DNA from: Oikopleura dioica | Lineage: Eukaryota; Animalia; Chordata | DNA: 64,000 nt | NCBI GenBank assembly: GCA_907165135.1 | Contig: OU015570.1 | Coordinates: 2,005,929 to 2,069,928, forward strand | Direction: 5' to 3' | Shown: positions 1-10,108 of the stretch, piece by piece | Layout of the letters: the number at the start of each line of letters is the position of its first letter | How positions within the stretch are numbered: position 1 is the stretch's first letter | Translations under genes and position numbers: made by a program | Notes under the pieces: model-generated | Told to the model about the DNA's origin: nothing | What the model saw: the letters and a program-made list of their open reading frames with translations, nothing else | The model's database searches: none

Positions 1-696
1 TTTTACTTTAAGAAAAAATATATTGCAACAAAACTTTGATCTGAAATTGCTCACAAAAGGATAAGATATAATATACAAGGGAGATGATGAATTGTTGTCG
101 TTTAACAATTTTTCTAATAACGATAAAGCTGCGCGTCTCAGTTGGTCCGCGAGATGACAAAGCCATCTTTTCAGTGTTATAATAAACAGTTATTTTCCTC
201 TTTTGTGGACATTTTTGTACCAAATTATCAAAAAGATGTCCACGAAACTGGGCCCGAATCTTCGAAAAAATGTCTCTTCGTAATATGAAAGCTTTTTTGG
301 TATTCCAATACCAAATTTTTGAGACAATTTGGATTTTTTGGAAATTATTTAAAACATTTCTTCAGTATCGTATAATACCGACTTTTAATTTCGAAAAATT
401 GGCATTTTCTGCCGACTATGGTATTGGAATACCAAAATTGGTATGGGTACATTGTATACCTAGGCTTTGAATTAGAAAAATCGTCATTTTTTCTAGCTGT
501 GCGGGGTTGTTTATTTCAGTGGAAGTGTAAGAACAGTGTCTAATTAGTCTTAAACCACTTTTAAAAGAAAAAAAAAATTGGGGAAAGACGATTTTCTGGG
601 GGTCAAAATCGTGAAAATGGTGCATTTTCTAGTTTTTAGCTCCGCATTTCTTCGGCTCACCCCCTTTTCATATTTCTGGCACGATTACATGGAAGA

Positions 697-833
697 TGGA
701 TCAATTTTTTTGCCACGCTGCGGCGCTCTTGTGCTAGCCTTAAAAATCCTCACCTCTTTCTTACTTTTGCTTAAGAGGAGACTCAATTAAAAAAATGATA
801 AATTGGGGTGTTTTGTCCTGGTGGTGGTGTTAT
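697..833 (+). repeat. Dispersed repeat shared with ~35799-35940
   Basis: ATGGATCAAT..TTGCCACGCTG..GTCCTGGTGGTGGTGTTATT occurs at both loci. Confidence 0.75.
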
Positions 834-1464
834 TACGTAATAATATTAAAGATTTCATAAAAATCAAACACGAATATAAAAATTTATTAAACAATAAATA
901 AAATAAATAAGATTTTATTCTCCCGCAAGGCAATTCACTGAGCCGAAGGGACGAAAAATCGGTACTTTTGTACTTTAAAATTTTTTAAATTAAAATTTTG
1001 GACCAATTGAAAAAAGCTCGTTTCATATTTAAGATAAGCGTCTAAACTTTACTATAAAAAAGAATTTGGGGGGTTTTCTATGGTAACTTCAGAGGAGATC
1101 TCCTCTGAATATAGGCTTATTTCGCCGTTTTTGTCTGAGATGACAACTTTGAGCCACCTGCACGTGGCTTTTTTGTTTGAATTTCAATAAAAGCTCGTGT
1201 TAATCAGAAGATCTAGGATAGTTCTTTATTTTGAGCTATTGTACGCCTTCCCAGCATTTATAGGGCCGGAGGAGATCGCCTCTGCTTTGGACCTCTGCGC
1301 GTACCATACCCTTAATCGGCGCAAGTTAAATTGTAAGCGAGTCAAAGGTTAACTTCTTAAACCTTAGATGAAATTAAAAAACTTTTTACAGGAGAAATTT
1401 TGACATATATATTTTTTGGGCTCATTAGAAAGAGCGAAAAATTCTGAGCAGAATCTACTTCATC

Positions 1465-1848
1465 TGTAGGGGTTTTACTCTCTCTATCTCTTAGTATGCG
1501 AACAAATAATGACACGGTATTTCGAGGAAAAGAGTTAACTTTATTAGAGCTTTTGTTTGACCACAGGGTAAAATAGAGTGGTGAGGAAGGGTTAGCAGTG
1601 TCTCTTTATATAGTTTTTAGGCTTCCCATGGAATCTTCGAGTTGGCAGGGAAAGTAGAGTATTCAGCCGGCGGCGGAGCGTAGTAGGTGGTTGACAGAGC
1701 GTAGCTCGCTGGAACCAAGAGAAATTCCACGGGAACTGTAGCGCTTTTAGCGGGAAAAGTAAAATTGGGCACGCGGCGTCCAAGAATCGAGTCAGAACGT
1801 AAAATTGCCTCCGACGCGTAAAGCGAGCATTTTTGTAAAACACTTACA
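1465..1848 (-). repeat. 3' LTR of element A
   Basis: Near-identical direct repeat of 26396-26779; adjacent polypurine tract on the minus strand. Confidence 0.95.
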
Positions 1849-2598
1849 TAATCCTTCCCCCTTTTATTAGAGCATTCGCTCCATGAACGCTTGATATTGA
1901 ATCGCGGAGAAACAGTGATCATGCATTGAAGACATCTTTTCAACCGATGAGAGAGCATCATATGGTGTGAGTGTCTTCTTATGAGAATTGTATGAGTATT
2001 TATTTTGTGAGTATTGTCCTTCAATGAAGATGTGATTTGTCAATTTTAATCGCTGTCGCCATGAAGTCGGAGTAGTTCTCGAAACAGCGTTGAGTACCAG
2101 CGAAATGTCACGGCGCTGGGTAACCTTGAAGCGTTAGCCAGGAATCATTTATCGCTGCGCGATTATTTGTTCATCACTTGAGATCTTCGAACAAATTTTG
2201 TTTGATACGTGTTGTTGTGAGAGAGTTGCCAATTCTCAAATTTCCTCTTTAAGAATATAATGTTTCGATTTTTGACCATCAGTAAGGCCTGTTTGATGAG
2301 CAAAATACGATGTCAAATATTCAGAAAGTTGAAATTGCCTGAGTGATTGAACCTCTTAACGTGTGAACTTGACGTTGTGAGCTGACATTTGAGCGTGGCG
2401 ATTCCGGTTCTTGATTATTTGAAAATCATCAATCTCGGGGTTCTTGCGAGCATCCTTCATGATGATTGGTTCGAACTTTACCATTGTTTACGTAAACTTG
2501 AATGATCATCAGGTCTTGAGTATTGTGGAGATTTGCCAACACGTGAGAGTCTGAGCAAGCCAAGAGGGGCGTACCTTCCCCCTTTTTATTTTGAGCAG

Positions 2599-2692
2599 TC
2601 ACTTTCTTGGTCTGAGACATTTTGACCAGGTATCTTCTTCCTTGAAAAGACTTTCCAGATCCAGTGAGTCTTGAGATTTGCTTGTTTCAGGA
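2599..2692 (-). pseudogene. C-terminal tail of element A pol, displaced by the insertion of B
   Basis: Removing B and one GGA joins ...APKQNL to PETSKSQDSLDLESLFKEEDTWSKCLRPRK*, in frame. Confidence 0.8.
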
Positions 2693-3038
2693 CGTTATGA
2701 GTCCCGCAAAATCAAACACTCGTTTAGTTTAGGTCCGGACTTTCGTCCCTTTATTTGCACAGATACCGAAATACAGTGAGAAGAGTCTTCTAGCTGCGTC
2801 GGCGTAGGCTGGACCAAGACGAACCTGAAGATGGTTTAGTAGGGGCGTTCTCTTTCTCTTACTGCCGAAAAGGCTGGGGCTTTCCCCTTACCTCGCTGGA
2901 CTTCTGCTGACGTCTGAGCGGGTCTCAGGCGCCAAGGAAGTCAGCTAGATAATGGCCTTTCCGGAGGGCAAGCTGTCGGTTTCCCTCGACTCGTTCCGTT
3001 TGCCCGACGGGCACCGGAGCGCATACTCATTCGTAACG
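2693..3038 (-). repeat. 3' LTR of element B
   Basis: Direct repeat of 22438-22783; CGTTA..TAACG terminal inverted repeat. Confidence 0.95.
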
Positions 3039-3269
3039 TCCCCCTTCTTCACCTGAAATGCCATTATCGGCGTTGGCCGTTGCCGTTACCCCATCTTCTC
3101 TTCGCCTTTGGCTCGTCGTACCGGTCGCCGGGGCGCTTGAATCCTTTTCCTGATTCGGAAACGAATCCTCCTTTTCGGTAGTCAACGCTCGAACGTCCTC
3201 CGGTTAGCACTTTCCATCCGCGCATGAAATTAGGCAGACGCTGGGCTATGAATGTCGTTATTATCCTTG

Positions 3270-4365
3270 TTAAATAGTTCCGCTTACTTTTTGGACAACT
3301 CCGTTGTTCATCGTGAAGCCTCGCAATTTGCCAGAGTCCGACACGGTCACGAGCGTATTCCCTTGGAATTGGTCGAAGTTAGCCACTGCCGCAATCTTCT
3401 TCAGCGCTGATTCGTTTGTCAGATAGTTGAACGTGCCTTGCAGCGTCCATCTGGACATTGTCATCAGCGAGCCCTTGTAACCGTCCATTTTAGCCCTGTT
3501 TTCTGCGAAGATCGCTCTGGCGGCCTTGGCCCAGTCCACGATTTCGTCGTTTGATCCGCATTCTGGGAACTCGGGCAGTCGTCGGGTGATGTCGAATTCC
3601 GAGCAAAATCGTTCGAACGCATCCACCGATCCTTGGGCAATGCTTGCACACGTCGTCTCCGATGTTTGCTCTTCAATGAAACGCTCGACGTCCCGCATGG
3701 AATCCACTTCTTGTAGAGACACTCGAGCGCCGTTGTCCGAGGTGACGCCAGTTCCGTGTTTGTGCCACACGTGGAGGATTAAACCGGCCAGCTGCTTCGG
3801 GGCTTCGGAGCAGAGCTTGTACAACTCCTTTTGAGCCCAGACCGTCAAGCATACCAATGGAGCAGCGAGCGGCTGATGCACTCGCTATAAATTATAGCCT
3901 ATAATACGCAGGTTAGTCGGGGTTTTCCCAGTTTATTCTTACGTTTTCTGGCAGGGCGTAGACCCCTTTATCGATATCCGCCATTTTTGTCATCCAATTA
4001 CCGACGTCGGTCAAGAAATTGGAGCATTCCGGGTTCTTTGACACCTTCGCCACAAACGACAAATTTGTGAAAGCGCTCATGAAATTGCCCGGCCGGACCC
4101 CAGCTTTTAATGAAGCCATGAGAGCGTCGTCCTTTGAGTCGCTTGTGTGTTGTTCGAGCTCAGCGATTTGGTTTTTTGACGCTAGCTTTGTATCCGGCTC
4201 TGCTTCTGCCATTTCCAGGAAAGAAGGCAGGAAGCTCGAGGGTCCAGCGCTCGTTCCCTGATTCGTTCGCGTGGAGGACCCTTTCTCCTCCGCGTGCTCC
4301 GCCCCGGGCGTTTCATCCAACGTTGCTTTTTTCAGCTTATCGCCAATTTTTTTCACTTCGACCAT
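3270..4365 (-). CDS. Accessory gene 1 of B: two exons (4365-3943, 3884-3270), ~345-aa unknown protein
   Basis: 58-nt intron 3885-3942 with GTAAGA donor, CTAAC branch-like motif and TTTATAG acceptor joins the two listed ORFs in phase 0. Confidence 0.8.
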
Positions 4366-4389
4366 GCTTAAACAAACTTATTAAGGCAC

Positions 4390-4880
4390 CTGGACGATTT
4401 CCGCCGCATAGAGAATGCTACAGCGATGCAGGAACTTTCGCAGAACTCGCGACGTCGCGACCAAGGATTCGACTTTGCGCGTATCGAATATTCCCTTACT
4501 TCTCCGCATATGCGCCGTGCTCAACGTTTCCAGGGGAAAGGGCCCGTTACGTGTATGTTAATCTATTACAGGAGGCGTTTGATAACAAGGACATCAAGGA
4601 ATCCGATCTTTTTCGTGGGGCATTTTATGCTAAGGCGTATTTTGATGGTAAAATTACCGATTAAATTTTTAATGATTATGCGTAAGATTTTGTTACTGGA
4701 GGGGCGCGTGCAGGTTTGGTGAAAGTGATTATTCCGCCGTATTCGCGACACAACAGCGTCGACTTTCGCGTGATGTTTCGGAGCTACTGCCGTTCCGTAG
4801 ATGCAGCTGCCGCCGAATTCGGTGCCAATGAAGACATGCTGGTGTTCGCTAAACGGTTTGGAATTCTTCGCGGCCAATAG
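4390..4880 (+). CDS. Accessory gene 2 of B (antisense): spliced ORF, start unresolved
   Basis: A 39-nt AT-rich GT-AG intron at 4648-4686 joins ...AKAYFD to DFVTGGARAG...ILRGQ* in frame; no in-frame ATG found. Confidence 0.55.
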
Positions 4881-5121
4881 CTAACTTAATTTTAGGTCCT
4901 TGTTGAATCGCGCCTTGAAATTTCTTACCGTGACTTCGTAGGAAGCGGCTGAGCTTATGGACGAGACGGGTTTTTGCGGGGAGTAGGATTTTCTTAATGC
5001 TCTTATTTAGGACATTACGAGCACGAAAACGAAACTCTAGAAGGTTCGTGGAGCACCTACGGGTTTGACGATCTGCAGTTTCTATACATATGGGTTTTTC
5101 GATTCGTTCAGGTGGCAACAT
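4849..5121 (-). CDS. Accessory ORF 3 of B, 90-aa basic protein
   Basis: ATG-initiated ORF packed between neighbouring ORFs; no recognisable motif. Confidence 0.4.
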   Translation of the reverse strand: MLPPERIEKPICIETADRQTRRCSTNLLEFRFRARNVLNKSIKKILLPAKTRLVHKLSRFLRSHGKKFQGAIQQGPKIKLAIGREEFQTV

Positions 5122-5153
5122 TACTCGTCGGCGACCTCTTAACTTTCATTTAG

Positions 5154-6027
5154 AAACTGACGGAGCCTGACTTGGCCATCGAGTTCGCCAACACGTTAAT
5201 AGTGCCGCGAAGCGAACTGGAGAACGACTTTACCTTTATTCATCGCTTCTTGAATTGTTCGCCTCACCGACCTCGAGTTCTGCGGTCGATCCTACGGCAG
5301 AGTCCAGGCATATTATCGATCCTTAATTTACGGTTTAGTAGGGCTCCAACTTCGCGCGTCGGAAGAAGTGTGGCCCGGGTTTGATCTCGATTTGTTGCTA
5401 TTCTTCGCCATGGACTTGTACCTTTCGGACGAACCACACCCCTTCCTGGGCTCAGTAAGTACCTGTACTCTCAGCTAGCGGCCAAAATCCGTCGTTACCT
5501 TCGTAAGCCAACTCTGACGTTTTGTTCAGGACGAGTCCAGCTCGCTCATCTGTATCGCCGTTGCTTGATGGCCGCCACTCCGTTCTCGGAGCGTCTCGTG
5601 CTGAAATATGGATTTTATCCATTGTTTTCCGACATGGTCACGCGCGCCTTCGTTTACCCCGGGTCATTTCGACAGGTAATACCTGATCCATGGAGGGATC
5701 CCTTCGAAGCTACCCCCGAGGACTGTTTCTACATTCACCGAGACCGTCGGAGAAACCGTAAGTTGATTATTTTTTCAAACGTGAATTATGATTAACTAAT
5801 TTTTTTAATTTCTAGGGATGGTAAATCTCATTCCCGAGGGCCTCGGCGAGTTGTGGCTTGGGGCTGAATACCTGCGTCTCTACCCCCGGGGCTTGCCCGA
5901 TACTGGCTCACTGGCTATCATCCCCATCGCTGAGGCGATTACTGAGGGCGAAAATGCAAGGCGACCCCTTTGCGACGGCGTGGAAGATCTTCGATACCCT
6001 TACCGAGTTGACGTACCTGATTTTTGA
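5154..6027 (+). CDS. Accessory gene 4 of B (antisense): spliced, with one internal TGA at 5382
   Basis: One frame is open from 5154 to 5757 except for a single TGA; a 58-nt GT-AG intron at 5758-5815 joins it in frame to ORF 5818-6027. Confidence 0.65.
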
Positions 6028-6459
6028 GAAGCGACTTCACTTTCTCCGCCGCGAGCTCTGAATCCAACTGGTCCGTCCCCTGCATGCGTCGCGCTTCCAC
6101 TAACTTCTTGAACGCTTTTAACTGTTACTCGATACTCTGACATGTGAAATATACGAAAAATTTAGTAACTTCCCTTCGCTGTCTTTTTTCGTCAGTTCGT
6201 TGACGGTTGTCGTAATTACATCAAGCTCGATCGCGCGTTCTAGAGCCATTTCGATTGCCAGAATGCTTCTTTCGCGTTTCCTTACCACGACTGTTTGGAC
6301 CAGAGATGATTCTAGGTCGACAGCCGGGTCCACCGTCCGTTTGAGTCGTTTTGGGAGCGTGAAGGCGTAGTCCTCGTTTTCCATGGCCCGTTCGCGTTTC
6401 AAGCCGCGTCGGTTCATTCTGAAGCGGTTAGATTTAATCGGACTTTTCACCAGCGCCAT
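6000..6459 (-). CDS. Accessory gene 5 of B; probable second exon via a non-canonical donor
   Basis: ATG ORF 6459-6118 runs into an AT-rich intron-like tract (GGAAGT..CAG, ~6137-6173); the downstream exon frame is ambiguous. Confidence 0.5.
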
Positions 6460-6496
6460 TTTTATTTCAGATCGCGCGTTTTTGACTTCGGCTGTC

Positions 6497-6974
6497 TCAC
6501 TCCTCGTTTTTCTCGAGAGGAACCCCCAGATCCTAAAGGTAATTTACGAATCTAAAGAGCTGCTCTGACTTACCTCGAGCTGAGCTGCTGCTTTTGCGAA
6601 GGCGTATTGCGCTTCTTTCATTTCTTCGCGAAGCTTTCGTACTTTATCGGCCAGCTCGTGATTGAAACGCTGCTGGATCTTGAAGAGCGAGAGAATCGCC
6701 TTCTGGCGGGTTTTTCTTCGGTCGAGTTGCACTCAACTTTGACCACATCGTCCGAGGCCAGCTCCGTTCTGCAGCCCGGGCAGGTCGTAATTATTCCGTC
6801 CCCTACGCATTTGAGGCAAACCAGGCAGAGTCGGAAGCATTTTTCGTGTTTCTCTTGCCCTTCGTAGCGGGCTCGGTTCGGGTTTCCGTCCTCGAAGGCT
6901 ACGTTGCATCCTTCGCAAAAGTCCGACTCTCTTATGAGGTTTTTCCATGGCTCGTTCATAACTTTACGTGGCAT
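6497..6974 (-). CDS. Accessory gene 6 of B: RING-like zinc finger plus coiled coil (1-nt frameshift, one intron)
   Basis: CEGC..H..C...CLVC..CPGCR; a helical frame resumes after an A-run near 6715; 41-nt GTAAGT..TTTAG intron at 6533-6573 in phase 0. Confidence 0.7.
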
Positions 6975-7068
6975 TTTGACGTTTTCCTTTACTTCTCACG
7001 CGGTTGTTTCAGGAACGCCGGCTGCCATTGGCCGTCGACTTTTTCGATCCACGCTGCCTTCGAGCGAA

Positions 7069-7963
7069 ATGCCTACTTCCGTCGCTCCGTCTACGCCTGC
7101 ACAAACCCGAAGCCGATCGAAAAGGAAACGCCTTGATGATTCCATATCGACTCAAATTGGCCGCGAAATTTCAAGGAATGCGAAAATGCCACTGCGTAAG
7201 CGTGCTCGGCGATCCGTCGGTAAGTTTGCTCCCAAATCTCGGTCCTTTTAGTGTAAACGACTTGTAAATAGTCGCTTGTATATGCATCCCGTTAGTCGGT
7301 TTAAATAATACGACATTTGTTTTTAGCGTCGGCGAAGCGGGCGCTGCAAATAACCACCATCAATAAACGCAAGCTTGCTGACCTTGATGGTACCGTTTCT
7401 CATCCTGAAGATTTCAAGCGGGCCAAAACCGAGGTGGAAACGTCTCACGTCGGCTCGCTTTCTCCCGTGAAAAATGATGACTACGAGTACGAACCCATTC
7501 CTGATGCCACCGACGAGAAGAAAATTTTTGAATTTATAGATGAGTGCTATGACGCTGTTTCGACGCCTCCCCCATCTTCGTTTGGGCTTCGGTCTCGTGG
7601 CTATTCGCAACCTGTTTCAACTGGGGAGCTCCGTCGCTTCCGTTGGCTTCAGGAGTCCAGAACGTTTGGAAATTCGCCTTTTGGGTAATCTCAGATGGGT
7701 TCGTAAATGCTTATCGACTTTGTTTTAGGGTGAAACTTGAGCGGGTTTTCCCACTTTTTCCCGAGTTTGACGTGGCTTTCCTCGGCTCCTTTCGTCCACA
7801 AAACGATCTCTACGTGCTTCATCGGCTTTTTCAACTACGCAAGCAACTTTATGAAGAGTGCACTCCGTCCCAACTTTCCATCGGGACTCTGGAGAGCCCC
7901 TATCAGGATTTCCTTCCTTTCTTTTCGTATGAGAATTTTTGCGACTTGAATCAAGCCCCTTAA
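7069..7963 (+). CDS. Accessory gene 7 of B (antisense): three exons (7069-7219, 7327-7684, 7729-7963), 247-aa protein with basic NLS-like motifs
   Basis: Introns 7220-7326 and 7685-7728 (GT-AG) both join the listed ORFs in frame; total 744 nt ending in TAA. Confidence 0.78.
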
Positions 7964-8551
7964 ATTAGAAAATCAAGGAACGGGGCTGAGACGGAGAGAG
8001 TCTCGAACAAATTGAGACCTCCTTATCAGAAAATGACCTGTATCACGTGATCACGTGGTCAGACCAAAAAATTTTCAATTAGAATTTTTTTAGTTGGGTC
8101 CAAATACCTATTGTCCCAAAATTTCAGCCCACTAACATTGAATGTTCTAGTGAAGGACTTATTTTCAATTTGTTACTATGTTACATAACAGTGTTATGTA
8201 GCACTTAAATGCCGATTGTGAGTCATCGGTGAGAGCTTCACTAAATTTTTTTTTTGAATTTTGATCAGAAGTCGACGGCGCATCGATTCCGACCAAAAAG
8301 AGCACTCAGACTTGAGGCGCTCAAAAGATAGTCCTTTATGGGGCCGAAAAGGGTTGAAAAACGAAAAAATTTTTTTCAAAAAAAAAAATTTTGTTAAGAA
8401 GTCGGGTATGATCTTTCACCATGCCGAGTTTCAACAAGATAGGATCTATAGGGAAAAAGTTGATTTTTTTGTAAATTCACCCTACCAATGGGTTAAGGGG
8501 GTGGTGGTCGAGAAAATTTTTTTCGAGTTTTTGAAATTTTTATATTATTTT

Positions 8552-8993
8552 TGACACGACTTGTTATTTTGACTTTTGTAAAATTTTAGTAATTTTTTAC
8601 AAATCTCTTACTTTCGCGCCACTTAGACAATTATAGAGATTTTTGTAAAATTTTAGTAATATTTTACATATTTCTTACTCACTCGCCACGGACTTTAGAT
8701 ATTCCGACTTTGTAAATTTTAAGTAATATTTTACATATTTCTTACATATTTTGATCTGACTTGTACAAAAACCTTTATTCTGTCCTATTTTAATGTGCGC
8801 TGACCCGATTACAGTTATCGACGTGACGAATCGACGATTGCAATCATAAACAACTGACTTATTTCCCAACTTTGAAACACCTGACTGACTCTGACTACCT
8901 TTATAAGCGATTTCTGCCCTGCAAAAAACATTCAAATTCAATAAAACCTCGATCGACTTTAAATTTTCGTTCCAGTCTTGTCAATTCTTATCA
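8552..8993 (+). repeat. 5' LTR of element C (contains ~67-bp internal triplication)
   Basis: Direct repeat of 16426-16867; TTTTGTAAAATTTTAGTAAT units at ~8574, 8641 and 8709. Confidence 0.97.
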
Positions 8994-10108
8994 TGGCGAC
9001 CACGCTAAGACACCCAATCGAACTTCTCGAAGCCTTCGAGGACAACACACTTCCTAAGACGAAAATAACGACAAAGACGACAAAGAGACAGTTAAAAAGC
9101 CTAGAGACAGACCTGCGAGCAAAAATGGAACGAATGAAACTGATTTTCGACACTTCACTGAAGCTTCACGAGATTAAAGAAAACACAAGTGAGAAAACAG
9201 CCCTTGAAACTGAGTTCAAACGTACCCGCCGGAACATCTGCTTGACTCACCTCGATACTACTTTCCGCGAGCGCTACGAAGACGAATTCGAAGACATTAA
9301 GGGCTCATCCGACTTTTTTGACCTCCTCCACCAGATAATCGGCCAAGAAAATTCAGACGAAGAAGCAAAAGGGGCCCGACAAAAATTGAACACAGTCAGT
9401 CGACGAATCGAAGAAGAAGAAACATTCTCACGATTTCACACTCGGCTAGAGAAACTTGCGACCACCGCAAGCAAAGGTAATGCTACGCTTCAGAAACATT
9501 TTTTGGACGAGGCATTCAATGCGAATCTGACGCCAGAACTACGACGATATCTGCTGGACCAAGGCAAATCATCATGCGGCACCAATGAGACAGCGAAATA
9601 TCTCGACCAGATGAAAAAGCATAAACGCCGGATCGAGATCAAAGCAGTTTCCGCAGAAGATACAATGCTGCGAGAACAAGTCACTTCCCTCACTCATCAA
9701 TTTTCGACGCTTCCGACTCGTGAATTTCTCATGGAATCTCTTCAGTCGACCCTTTCTTCAATGATGGAACAAAAAATGAACTCATTTAGACAAGAATTCA
9801 TCGATGTAAACAAAGTTCAGGCAAGTTTTCAGCAAAAACAACCAGCACAACAGCCAAGAAAATCCTACGAACAACAGCAAGCCATCAAAACGACTGCTCA
9901 CTTCACATCTGAAAGACGCGATGAGCCGTACCAATCAAGACAACCAAGACAATTCGAACGACGACAGGACGGAGCGCCGGTGATCTGTTTTGCATGCGGA
10001 GTCAAGGGACACTCAAAGAAGAATTGCCGTGGCACTGTTGTTTGCCATATCTGCAACGAACGTGGCCACATCAAGGATATCTGCCCCCAACGCCTGTCAA
10101 AAAACTAG
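8993..10108 (+). CDS. gag: Gag with two CCHC zinc knuckles
   Basis: First ATG at 8993; CFACGVKGHSKKNC and CHICNERGHIKDIC. Confidence 0.93.
   Translation: MATTLRHPIELLEAFEDNTLPKTKITTKTTKRQLKSLETDLRAKMERMKLIFDTSLKLHEIKENTSEKTALETEFKRTRRNICLTHLDTTFRERYEDEFEDIKGSSDFFDLLHQIIGQENSDEEAKGARQKLNTVSRRIEEEETFSRFHTRLEKLATTASKGNATLQKHFLDEAFNANLTPELRRYLLDQGKSSCGTNETAKYLDQMKKHKRRIEIKAVSAEDTMLREQVTSLTHQFSTLPTREFLMESLQSTLSSMMEQKMNSFRQEFIDVNKVQASFQQKQPAQQPRKSYEQQQAIKTTAHFTSERRDEPYQSRQPRQFERRQDGAPVICFACGVKGHSKKNCRGTVVCHICNERGHIKDICPQRLSKN
8994..9004 (+). promoter_or_regulatory. Primer-binding site of C (TGGCGACCACG, tRNA-Arg-like)
   Basis: Directly abuts the LTR end; complementary to a ..CGUGGUCG-CCA 3' end as in animal tRNA-Arg(UCG). 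Confidence 0.75.

Noticed and set aside
1592-1843. Repeated 83-88-aa ORFs (1592, 26523, 8675, 16549) as duplicated genes
   Set aside because: They lie wholly within LTRs; the duplication simply reflects the LTR pairs.
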